A stretch of DNA of 62,597 nucleotides, the filler included, from Globobulimina sp. (lineage: Eukaryota): the NCBI GenBank assembly GCA_003354225.1. It is 22 parts of 22 records of this genome, joined end to end, with 100 filler letters (N's around TTAATTAATTAA, not from the genome) between each part and the next. Parts side by side here need not be neighbours in the genome. Positions count along the whole stretch, not along the records: positions 11,408 to 14,158 come from PIVH01005065.1; positions 14,259 to 17,009 come from PIVH01005066.1; positions 17,110 to 19,860 come from PIVH01005067.1; positions 19,961 to 22,711 come from PIVH01005068.1; 18 more parts are not named here. One strand, given 5' to 3'. Below, one piece after another: positions 11,408 through 22,811 of the stretch. A program made the translations under genes and the position numbers. Below the pieces are notes generated by a model. That model saw only the letters and a list, made by a program, of their open reading frames with translations. It ran no database searches and was not told the origin of the DNA. Numbering within the stretch: position 1 is the first letter of the stretch; every line of letters begins with the position of its first letter.

Positions 11408-13566
11408 TTATATATCTTATTTCCTTTATCGAAATTGTGCATATGTTTACAGGCTTTAATCGCCAGCAAATGAGACACATCATTGATAAGCTCCTCATAT
11501 TCATCATACACTGTCAGCACCTCTGGATAATATTTATTGTCACAGAAACTGCTCATCATACAATTAATAGTTACAACAGTTTTTTCTTCCTCTTTGATAT
11601 CATCGAATAACGTTTTTGACTCTTGAATGTAACCAAAAGTACCATAGAAATCAATCAATGTATTTTTATACTCAATGCTTTGCTTTTTAGCAGTTTCGAC
11701 CTGTTTTAAATGAATTTCTTTTCCTTTTGCAAAATCTCTGAGCACAGAGTACACATTCAACGCATAAATATGCGATATATCATCTTGTAATTCCTGATAT
11801 TCATCATATATACAAACCGCATCAGAATGACAATTATTTAGAATCAATGCTTGCATCAAACAATTAATACTCACTGCATTTTTATTAGTAATCTCATTGA
11901 ATATATAATTTGCAGTTTGAATGTCATTAAAATGACCATAGAAATTAATCATACAATTTTCAACTTCAACACTGCGCTCAATGTCTCTCAGATTGCTGTC
12001 TGCGATGATCTGTTGACCCATTGCTTTGTCGTCTGTATTTATGCAGGCTTTCAAAGCAAACACATTTGAGATATTATCGATTAACAACAAATTATCTCCA
12101 TATATTTCTAAAGCATTTGCATATAATTCATTGAGAATATATGCCTGCATCATACTGTTTATTGTCGATGTGTTATTCCTCTTATTCTCATTTATTGAGT
12201 TATACACATTTCGAGCGGCTGCTATATCACTAATACTCCCATAAAAACTGATGATGCCATTTAATAACTCAATGCTATGACTATTACTACGCAATGCCAC
12301 ATGCTGTGTAATTATATTGTGACACTGCGCAATATCCCCAATATTATGACACGCTTTGATTGAAAATAAATATGTGGTGTCATCAAACACATATTTATTT
12401 TCAAAACGTGTATAGATGGACAAGGCCTCATTATTACGACTATTATTGACCAGTCCTTGCAACATGCAATTAATAACCACAATATTTTTGTTTTCTATAT
12501 CATTGAATATGTGCAATGCTCTGTCAATATCACCAAAATGGGCATAAAATTGAATTAAAATATTTCTTACTTCAACACTATGATTATTGCGGTTATTAAA
12601 TAACTCGTGTTGCTGTATTATAATATCTCCGCTTGATTTATCATGCAAATGGATGCACGCTTTCAGAGCGAGTAAATGTGTGATATCGTTATGAAATGAA
12701 CATTGTTTATACAAAATTAATGCTTGTTCGTTTGCATGATTATGAATGAACCATTTCATTAAACTGCCGATACATTGCACATTTACCTTATTTTTGGCAA
12801 TGGAATTAAATATCATTTGCGCAGTGTCAATTTCACCAAAATAGCCATAAAAGTCAATCAAATTTGCAAATAATTCAATGCTGTGATCTTTATTTTTATT
12901 CATGGAGATAATGCTGGAATGAATCTCTTTTCCTTTGGCAAAGCTGTGCAGATTTTTGCAGGCTTTCAGCGCCAATAAATGTAATATGTCATCATGGAAT
13001 CTATCATATTTTGCATACATTTGTAAAGCTAATTCATTCGAATTGTTCTGAATCAAACATTTTATCATCGTGCTGACACAGATTTTATCTTTGAAACTTT
13101 CATCAATGGAATCAAATATTTGCAATGCATGGTCATGCTCATTTGCATGAGAATAGGCATTGATTAATGCGGTTTTAGTGATGATATCATTAATGTTGAC
13201 ACTGTTTTCAATGTCTTTTAATATTGGAATGGATGAGTTAGCTTTGTCAATATGCATTGATTTGATGCAGCATTCGATTATTAATGGGAATGAAATGCCG
13301 TTTATAGTTTTGATGTCATTCCAAATGGAAAATATTTGATGTTGATGTTGGAACTGTAGACATATTTTGAGGAAGGAATTTACTGCAAAATCATTCTTCT
13401 CTTCGTCAATTTTATTGTAGATTTCGATTGCTTTGGTAACAATCTTTTGGTTATGTTGAATTGCATCGAAATAGAAACTTTGTTTCCTGCGATGTAAACT
13501 TTTTAATATCTCTGTAGCTCGGTAGTTATTGATCCGTTTGCGTGATTTTGCTTTTTTTATTTTCAT
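11408..13566 (-). CDS. PPR protein with PLS-type triplet array; 3' truncated by contig end
   Basis: About 6 cycles of S (SIEL.NxLIDFYG.FG.I..A..IFN.I), P (NVV.INCM...L..N..N.EAL..Y) and L (DDI.HLLALKAC.......GKEIH) motifs. Confidence 0.9.
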
Positions 13567-13831
13567 ATTTGAGGTTGAACAATGATGACAGCACAGTTTA
13601 TGCACTTTAACAACATCTATTGTTTATAATTATAATTAACATTTTTCACTATTTGAAACAAATAATCTCAATTCATACTTTTTTGTACTGTTATTCTCCA
13701 AACTTTGTGCTTAGTGGACATGATGTTGTGGTTTGGTCCGCATTTTCTGGAGAATTCTGTTCATTTGATCGATTGCAAGAAATATTCACATATTTTAAGA
13801 TTACAAATTTACAACACAAACACCACACAAT

Positions 13832-14158
13832 TTACAATTTCGATCTCGGTAAGTTGCTGTACAATTTTGTTTGATTTAATTTATACACTTTAATGGCATT
13901 GGAATGCACCATTTTATCGATATCATCCTCTGAATAACTCAACTCTTTTAATATTTGAATATATAAATCCCAATACATATCATAATGGCCATGGGGTTTA
14001 TCCACAGGGAAATCAGAAGCAAACATACACCGATCAACGCCAAACATCTCAACAATTCTTTTTGTAATAAATTTCATTGATTGTTTGTCAAATTTCTGAT
14101 CAAAAATGCCCCATCCACTCAATTTGATAAATACATTTTCATTCTGCGCTATTAATCT
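13832..14158 (-). CDS. Amidohydrolase_2 family protein (fuconolactonase-like), C-terminal part
   Basis: NVFIKLSGWG...FGVDRCMFASDFPVDK...NAIKVYKL, typical TIM-barrel amidohydrolase C-terminus. Confidence 0.8.
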   Translation of the reverse strand, partial: RLIAQNENVFIKLSGWGIFDQKFDKQSMKFITKRIVEMFGVDRCMFASDFPVDKPHGHYDMYWDLYIQILKELSYSEDDIDKMVHSNAIKVYKLNQTKLYSNLPRSKL

Positions 14159-14258
14159 NNNNNNNNNNNNNNNNNNNNNNNNNNNNNNNNNNNNNNNNNN
14201 NNTTAATTAATTAANNNNNNNNNNNNNNNNNNNNNNNNNNNNNNNNNNNNNNNNNNNN

Positions 14259-14625
14259 GGCTACAAACAATATTTCCTCGATCTACATGTGGTAAGAGAT
14301 TTATTGCTTCTTCAATGGGGCCTCCCATAGCCGTATATTCGAGCCGCTTATCCCAACCAAAATTACCTACTGTGGAAAATCCAGAAGTTACCACAAGAGT
14401 AGGCAATGGTGGTGACTTCCCTAGTAGTATCTCGCCCCAACTATTACAGGTAAGATGGGCTTGCTGCCAAAGTTCGATGGCCATTTTTGTACATTTGATA
14501 GCATCTTGCTCAGTACCTGCACTGGTTGGTGCTCCCATATAGCCTATGATAGTGTCTCTCACAAATCGGTCTACGGTTGCACCATGAGCAAATGCAATTT
14601 CCATCAAAGTAGAAAGGTAACTGTT
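14259..14625 (-). other. Bacterial-type class III adenylate/guanylate cyclase fragment
   Basis: NSYLSTLMEIAFAHGATVDRFVRDTIIGYMGAP...DAIKCTKMAI...VTSGFSTVGNFGWDKRLEYTAMG matches the HGGTIDKFIGDAIM..FGAP / VGNFGS..R.DYT..G pattern. Visibly higher GC than the PPR part. Confidence 0.75.
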
Positions 14626-16785
14626 TATAAGTGCTGTCATCATACAATTAATAACAACAACATTCATTTTTCCGTCATCGGACATAGAATTAAATACTTT
14701 TAGCGCCAGATCCATATGTTTTAATTTGGAGTAAAAGTCAATCAATGCAGTTTTAATAAACACACTTTGCTCATCATTTAAAGCAATAATTCCATCATCG
14801 ATTTCTTTGCCTTTTTCAAAGTTTGAAAGATTTGAACAGGCTCTGATTGCTAATAAATGAGACACTGAATTTATTTTATTTGTTAATTTATATTCATCAT
14901 ATAATGAAAGTGCCATTTCATTCTTATTGTTATTTATCATAGCTTTCATCACACAATTTACAGAAATTATGTCTGCTTCATTGGTTTCCTTCATTTCAAA
15001 AAACATACTTTCAACTTCCAATATGTCAGCAAAATGTCCATAGAAATCAATTAAAGTATTTTTTAGTTGGACTGATTGATATTTATTCTTTTTATTGATA
15101 TTCTCAATGATATCATATCCGTTATCCAATTTATTCCCAGCAATACAAGCTTTTATCGCTTCAATATGTGATATATTATCAGTCAGTGACTCATATTTCT
15201 CATAAATAAACAAAACATTGTCATATTTGTGACATCTGTTATAAACATTCATCAGTGTATTAATTGTAACACAGGTCACGACATCATTTTTATTGAAATA
15301 TTTTTCCGCATTGCTAATATCTTCAAAATCTCCATAAAAATCAATCAAACTATTCCGCAGTTCAATGCTTAAATCATTTCTTTCTTCAAAGTGCTGACTG
15401 CTTATTATTTGTTGTATTCTTTCTTTTTCTTTCAAATCATTGATATTCAAACATGATTTAATTAATAATGTATGACTGACATCATCTCGTTTAGCATTCC
15501 ATGCATTATTTTCATAGAATACAACTGCTTGCTCAAATTGTTGGTTATTTATCAGAGCAGTCATCATCGAATTTATGGTCACGACATCTTTTTTTTCGTT
15601 TACAACGGAATTGAATATCTTTGTGGCTGTTAGAATATCGCCAGAATTGCCATAAAAATCAATCAATATATTTTTTAATCGAATGGAAGCATTGTTATTC
15701 AGCATATTATGTCTATCAATTACCTCTTGTCCATAATCAAAATCCTTCAAATTGATGCAAGCTTTGATGCATAAACAATGTGTCAATTCATCGTAAAATG
15801 AATATGAAAAATATTTCTTATAAATTGACAAAGCTTCTGCATTCAACTTATTATTGATTAGGACATTGATGATGGTATTAATACTGACAATGCTTCCTTT
15901 ATTATCGGCAATTTCATTGAACATATTCATAGCTGTGACAATTTGCGATTTACCACCACATTTCCCATAAAAATCAATCAGCGCATTATGTAATTCGACA
16001 CTGTGAATCTGTTTATTTTGAGTGATTTTTGAATGAATAGCTTTTCCATTGTCAAAATCCATGCAGTTTGTACAAGCTTTTATCGTCATACAATGAGATA
16101 TCTCATCCTGTAATATTTCATATTGATTGTATAGATTAAAAGCATTCGTATTGTATCCATTATTAACGTAAACAGTGAGCATTGCATTCAATGAAACTGT
16201 ATTTTTATCATTGATACCATCAAATTCCTGTAATGCAGTGTTGATTTGTCCAAATTTCCCGTAAAAATCAATCAATGCAGTTTTGACAAATATTGTGTTT
16301 GTATTTTGTGTCTTGATTTTCGTATTCAAAATTTCTTTCCCTTTATCAAAATTAGCAATGTTAGCGGATGCCTTTAAGCCTAAAATATGTGTTTGGTCAT
16401 CGGTTAAATGGTGATAAGTATCATAGAGTTGCAGTGCTTTTTCATTCTGGTGATGTTTTATTAATATTTTCATCATAACACCTAAAACCACCGTATCTTT
16501 TTGATTATCGTTGATAGATTCAAATACGGCCAATGAGGATTGTAGGTATTTGTTGTTTATTCCGTATGCATTAATTAATGATGTTTTGATAAAAATATCA
16601 TTGTCATAATAATCTTTTATTAATGAGTGGATATATTTTATTTCTTTAATATTACCATTATAACCTCTTATTATCTGGGAAATATTTATTGAACATTGTT
16701 TTAATTCTGTTCTATTTAATTTATAGTCACATTGTTTCATTAATTTTATGGTTTTTAGCCATTCATTCACATTTCCAGTCTGCAA
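14259..16785 (-). CDS. PPR protein with PLS-type triplet array, running in frame into a class III nucleotidyl cyclase-like fragment (probable chimera); partial
   Basis: About 20 PPR motifs in strict S-P-L order, e.g. TIFVKTALIDFYGKFGQINTALQEFDGINDK / NTVSLNAMLTVYVNNGYNTNAFNLYNQY / DEISHCMTIKACTNCMDFDNGKAIHSKI. Abrupt switch after MMTALIN at ~14625. Confidence 0.88.
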
Positions 16786-17109
16786 ATTATTTCCTTTTGT
16801 TTCTTACAATAAATAATACACGTTTTTCATCAGTTATTCAACACAAATTGCATACTTGATAGACATTGTAGGGAATCATGAATTTTTTGCTTCATAAGGC
16901 TGATTGCATTATTATATTATTTATATTTGAACAAGCTGTTTTTTTCTCAAAAACTTGGTGACTTCACAAAACATAATGTGGCATATTCATATTACGTGGA
17001 TGTTATGCCNNNNNNNNNNNNNNNNNNNNNNNNNNNNNNNNNNNNNNNNNNNNTTAATTAATTAANNNNNNNNNNNNNNNNNNNNNNNNNNNNNNNNNNN
17101 NNNNNNNNN

Positions 17110-17647
17110 CCCTCCATGCAAAAATTACTTTGGTGGTTCCAATTTTTATAGGCACTGCCAACGGATCAAAATCTATTTCCGTTTTTGTATAATTATGTCA
17201 CTTACTGTATATGTTATTTGATAGATGGAAACCTGGAAACATTTCTTTTTCGAAACGTAAATATGTCATTGCTGTACCATTCGAGTCAACATCCTTCCAG
17301 CCATCAATTTTTTTAATATGAGATTGATCAGCAAACAATTGCGGAGTTGAAAATCCAGTACCAATTCGATTGCCTAATATATACTCACCATCAGATGTAA
17401 TCCATCCAAGCACAATATCACTATTTTGCATTCCAGCGCCATTGGCTGATATTCCAAAACCAACCCAACCGTCTGTTTCAACGGCCATACCGACTTCTAA
17501 TGTGCAATCATCTTCATTCGCATTCCAATATAATTCAAATTTGCCATCTGAACCAACCATGAAAGTGTGGTAATCAAATTCGTCCAACCAGTCTTGGTAG
17601 CTTCTTGCTACGCATATAATAAAAATGGATACAATGAGATGGACCAT
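17110..17647 (-). CDS. Secreted DOMON-domain protein (DBH/MOXD1-like N-terminus); 3' partial
   Basis: Signal peptide MVHLIVSIFIICVARS, FELYW, DGWVGFGIS...MQNSDIVLGW. Intron 17232-17173 gives ...MFPDFDPLAVPIKIGTTKVIFAW. Confidence 0.85.
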
Positions 17648-17737
17648 TGTGCTTTTGCGTATCCTTGCACCAGAGTACCGTGCAATATTGCAATAATAAA
17701 AACTCACACTTTTTATGTTTCATCCCTTTTTTTTGAA

Positions 17738-19447
17738 ATGAGTCGCTTTCACACAGATCCATGGGTCGGAATTGTTGACCCAGGCGATGAGTCAGTCGAG
17801 GTCCGCAAAATGAACTGGAGAGCGTTTAGAACGTTAATATTACGTGAAACTAAAACATTATCGTTAGATATAATGGATAAAATGTGTCACTTATTATCAT
17901 TTTGTGATGTATTAGACTCCAAGGCACATATTTATGCATTATGGCTCGAAATAAATCGTAATGATGATATTTTAATGCAGAGAAATACTGCTGACACAAA
18001 TCTCAAATTAATAATCTCGCTCTCTCATTATATGAGTAATACAACATTAGAATCCACATTACAAAAAATAGAAAGTGATTCCATCCATAAAATATATTTT
18101 TTAATTCAAATATTTGAAAAAGACTCCTTTAATCGAGGGCCATTACTGACTTTGCGATGCGATCGTTACGGCGAATATGGCGAACTAGTTTGGCTGCAAA
18201 AAGGTAATAAGATATCTGGACAGACCATGCTCAATTTTTGCAATGAATTCATACATTATTTTGCTATAAAATCGTGTTATTTGATGGACTCTGCACAAAT
18301 AAACTTAATAAATGACACCATCCACACGCCGACATCCTCAAATCCCATCAAAAAAAAGGCACATTTGCGATTAATACACATCTTATCCAATTATAACGCA
18401 CTAACTTGGTATGAATCGAAGGGGAATTTTGAACGAATTCAAATCAAAAAATGGCCCTTAATTCCAACCAGAAACACGAGGAAAAAACACAAAAACAAAA
18501 ACATCGCAGTGATCTCGCAAGATATCTCCGTCTATGAACAGTCAATCTCATTCGTGCGGAATTTCAAATTGAGTGAAATTAAAAAATATTTGTCAGATAT
18601 TAACAAAGTACATTTAAATGCTATTATAAATTGTTACAAACAATACACTTTTGATCACGATACAAAAATCAAGAAAATAAAGCAAAATCAAGATAAAAAG
18701 TATGAAGAAAAGCAAAATCGATATTGTTTACGGAGTCATCGCTGCAGAGCGCGGTCAAGATCACGATCGCGAAATAGGGACAATAATGACAGCAATACTA
18801 AATTATCGCTGATCACCGTGCACGATCTATGTCGCAGAGTGAATGTCTGTGCCTTTTATGCGCCTACAAAGTGGCGGAAAGTGCTCGGACAGAGACATTT
18901 GAGAGTTTTATACGATATTATCATTGATCCGGGCATCGCATTAAAACCTAAAAATAATCTCTTTTTATTGTATGAAAAGGGCAGGAAATATCTGCAGTGT
19001 TTGAGGGAGATTACGAATTTCCGCGTTTTTTGCAAAGGGAAACATTTTAGTGATAGGATTAATGGCATTATGTCAGCGAAATGCATCACGAAACATGAGA
19101 TTCATAAATTTAATGTGGCCTTCGAGAATAATATGGCAAGGTATAAGGAGCAGAGAGCAGAGAGAAGACAAAAGTACTCGGAGGGCATTCAGATTACATT
19201 GAGTTTGAATATCAAGAATGCGAATATTAATAAATATTATGGAAACTTAAGAGATGGCAGGACCAGAACGAGGATATCGATTGATTCGAATACGAATAGT
19301 AATAATCATGAAATTGAGATTACTGTCAAATCAAAGAGTAAAACAAAAAGGAGAAAGAAAACTAGGCGGTCTCATAGCTTATCAAAGTTGAAAAGAAGGA
19401 AAGGTTTTGTTGATTATGATTCCGATGAAGATGATGATATGTATTAA
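17738..19447 (+). CDS. Hypothetical protein, possible GNAT-like central domain, basic C-terminus
   Basis: Long intronless ORF. ISGQTML...CYLMDSA...LTWYESKG resembles GNAT motif A/B spacing. RS- and K/R-rich tracts. Confidence 0.6.
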   Translation: MSRFHTDPWVGIVDPGDESVEVRKMNWRAFRTLILRETKTLSLDIMDKMCHLLSFCDVLDSKAHIYALWLEINRNDDILMQRNTADTNLKLIISLSHYMSNTTLESTLQKIESDSIHKIYFLIQIFEKDSFNRGPLLTLRCDRYGEYGELVWLQKGNKISGQTMLNFCNEFIHYFAIKSCYLMDSAQINLINDTIHTPTSSNPIKKKAHLRLIHILSNYNALTWYESKGNFERIQIKKWPLIPTRNTRKKHKNKNIAVISQDISVYEQSISFVRNFKLSEIKKYLSDINKVHLNAIINCYKQYTFDHDTKIKKIKQNQDKKYEEKQNRYCLRSHRCRARSRSRSRNRDNNDSNTKLSLITVHDLCRRVNVCAFYAPTKWRKVLGQRHLRVLYDIIIDPGIALKPKNNLFLLYEKGRKYLQCLREITNFRVFCKGKHFSDRINGIMSAKCITKHEIHKFNVAFENNMARYKEQRAERRQKYSEGIQITLSLNIKNANINKYYGNLRDGRTRTRISIDSNTNSNNHEIEITVKSKSKTKRRKKTRRSHSLSKLKRRKGFVDYDSDEDDDMY

Positions 19448-19960
19448 ATTTATGGCTTTCATTTTGTAAATGTTTCATTCAGTTTGACATTTTTTTTTGA
19501 CCAATCGGTGCTTTTCTGGTCATTTTTATTTTCAATTTCCGTTTCAACGGTTTTTAGTCGCATACCGTACTGAATCGTTTGCAAATAAATTAATTTTATA
19601 GAATATACAACGTAAAATGTCAACGTCTGTTCGCAGTGTCATGGACAATAAGTCGCAACCAATATATTTGCGTTATTTTCTTGTTGTTTCCCAACATTTA
19701 ATTTAAATCCAATCTGTTTAAATTTAATTTTGAAAACATCGCATTGTTGTTCTATATTTGATTTTTTTAACGATATTTCTTTTCTGACAGCAAATTGAAA
19801 ATATCTGATTTTTGTTTTTTTATTATTTTCCATGAATCTCAAAATATAATTTAATAACATNNNNNNNNNNNNNNNNNNNNNNNNNNNNNNNNNNNNNNNN
19901 NNNNTTAATTAATTAANNNNNNNNNNNNNNNNNNNNNNNNNNNNNNNNNNNNNNNNNNNN

Positions 19961-21654
19961 TTCCAATCACCAATGAATAACACAAAAAAAGCCAAGAATG
20001 CATCATAAAAAGCTAAATCGTCCCATCCTTTGGCAGCTTCTTGAATGTTGGCCTGGAATTTAAGGATATTTAGTGATTTATGGTTATAATTGCCGTATTT
20101 GTGGCGGTAATCGTCGGGTGTTTGTAAGGCGAGGGAGTGCTTTTTAAGCAGTTTTTTTAATTCGCGTTTTAATTTCCAGGACGGATCAGAGGGTAAAGCG
20201 CGTAGTTTGTCTTGTAACTCATTGGTGGAACGCACAGATTGTTTGTCTAGATCTACTAATACGACCTCTGAGATTTCAAATTCTGTTTTGCTGTGAGCTA
20301 AGTAGGCTTTTATGCCGATTATAAAAGGCATTGGCGCGGCTAAATAATTTATCAAACTCTCTGGCAATACGGGTACAAATATGTGTTGCCATCGAAACGG
20401 ATATATCAAGGCTAATAAAGCATGGATGCATGCGGACAATGTCTCTAATGAATTGCAATAAAATATGATTCTGTATAAATTAATATTTGTCAATGTATTG
20501 ATATCATCAAAATCACATAGAATCAATGCATATCACTTACTGTTTTGTCAAATATTATTAAACGGCCAATTGCAAATAGAACCAGTATAATATGTTCAAT
20601 TATATTTGACAATATAATAAGTGATAGGCATTGATTCTAATCAAAGCTGTGAAAAGGTGCCATGATTACATCCGTACTTAGAAAAATGTTCAAGCAAAAA
20701 CTTGAGTCCACTGTAACATTAATGCGTGCAAGGATACAAAAACAGGAGTGCCAGGATATAAAAACAAAAAACAATATACCTCCTCTCAGTCAATACACAT
20801 GATATCAGCCATAATATATTGTCCACAGACAATGTTTGGAATAATGTTTTTAACTGCATATGATACGTACTGTTCAATTTAAACGTCAACACTTCGTCAT
20901 CTTTAGACACTTGCGATTTAATAACCACTCGGAAAGTATCCCCCAATGCAGGCGGTTGGTTCAAAATCAATGCATCTAAAATAGGAAATATCGCCTGATG
21001 ACAAATCAGCCATCGAGCTACAATATGATCCATGATTTGGTCAAATAATAAGTGGAATCTATGCGGTGAGATCAGTACCAAAGCAGTGGGCATTTCCGAT
21101 GGTTTTAGATTGACGTCGGGTGTGAATAGCCGCCTACAATGACCATAGAGACGCTGTCCCGTAGATTTGGTGACGCAAAAAGTGAACTTTTCAGACTGTA
21201 AAGCATGTTTAAAAGAGAGTATTTTGTAATATTTACGTGCTTCTTTATCCTTCGCCGATAAAGCATTGAATTTATTGACTAAATCAGTGAGGTCGCAAAA
21301 GGAGAATTTGCGTATTTGTTCCATTAATTCGAGCTCTTCTTTTGCGCTTTTTTTGTCGACATGGAGCGTACTGTATCGTTCTTGTAATTGTATGGGTGAG
21401 GAGGACGTGGAGGAGGTGGCGGTGGCGGACAGTGTGGAGGCGGCCGAGATTATTTTATTGGAGTTGTAGGAATATTGGACGATTGGAGCCCAGCCAGTGT
21501 CCTGTGCGTTGGGCAAGAATTGTTTATTTGTGGGTGCATTGAAATCGGTTTGATGCACGTTGACCACAACGAAATAGTCAAAGAGTTTGGGTGAGTTTCT
21601 GCTTCTAAATATAGAGGAGCGACGTCTACGTCTGGTACGTCGGCCTGTTGACAT
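19961..21654 (-). CDS. DENN-domain Rab GEF; 2 exons, 3' partial
   Basis: LFDYFVVV, FTFCVTKSTGQRLYGHCRR, VLTERR|IIF across intron 20779-20471, LIYPFRWQHIFVPVLP...APMPFIIG. Confidence 0.92.
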
Positions 21655-21751
21655 GGAGGCAAGTGCCCGTTTTTGAAGTATTAAAAAATTTATTTAAAAA
21701 CTTTTCCATTTAAACAATACTTTATATACAACTTGTCTGTTAAAAAAACAG

Positions 21752-22711
21752 ATGGAATATTATCAAAGATTAACTGACTTGATATCATTGACATTTGCTG
21801 ATTCCTGTGACAATGAAGCAGACAGTAAATATAATTCAGATAATAATCAAAATAGTCACAGTTTAGAGACATTCTCTGTCATACTGGATTTGCTATTCCT
21901 ATTTGACATTGATAAAAAAACTAAACCATATCACAAATGCTGGTCAGTGGGAAGCAATAAAAATGGTCAACAAGCAAATAAATACAACATCCACGACAAT
22001 AAACGCTTACGTATCATGAACAAATTGCCAAATAATATGTATATAAATGATATAGTTCTGGGATGTTGGGGCAGCACATATGTTTTGTATAATAATTATC
22101 ACTCTGATTCAGCTGAAAAGGACGAAAATGCTGATAAATTAATTGTATTCGGATGCAATGAGTCAGGTCAATTGAGTGTAGATGCTCAAGTCATTGAAAT
22201 AATAATAAAATATTGGACAAAACATAACAAAATTATAATCACAGAAGATATAATAACAATCATTACAAAGCAAATCAAATCAAGTGGTTCAAAATGGCGC
22301 TCCATATTAACTCCGATGAATGTGAATCAATTTGCAGCGCTAAATCACAAAATATCCTTTATATCCTCCGGCATTCCGTCGCATCATAAATTCATTGTGA
22401 CCCAGGATAAGTTAAGCGGTAAGGACCATTTATTTGGTGTGGGACGCAATAATCATAACCAATTAGGTGCCTCTGACAGACGCAATCGCAACGAATTTAC
22501 AGAAATTAAATATTTTCGTAACATTTCTGCAGAATTAGCGCAAATACACTGTGCCAGAGATTATACACATTTTTTAACTGAAAAAGGAGAATTGTTTGAA
22601 GCGAGTGAACGGTCCATCGCCATAAAACCGATAAAAATGAAAGCAACAATCATTGATTTATGCTGCGGCTATGAGCATACATTAGCCATCAACCATAATC
22701 GTGGAATATAT
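21752..22711 (+). CDS. RCC1/BLIP-II repeat protein; 3' partial
   Basis: VGSNKNGQ, FGCNESGQL, GVGRNNHNQLG, IIDLCCGYEHTLAI repeats. Confidence 0.82.
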
Positions 22712-22811
22712 NNNNNNNNNNNNNNNNNNNNNNNNNNNNNNNNNNNNNNNNNNNNTTAATTAATTAANNNNNNNNNNNNNNNNNNNNNNNNNNNNNNNNN
22801 NNNNNNNNNNN

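Noticed and set aside
11408-16785. The two PPR genes as a physical cluster
   Set aside because: They are on different contigs, adjacent only because of length sorting.
17198-17200. In-frame TGA in the DOMON gene as selenocysteine or readthrough
   Set aside because: It lies within a 60-nt GT-AG intron (17232-17173) whose removal restores the domain.
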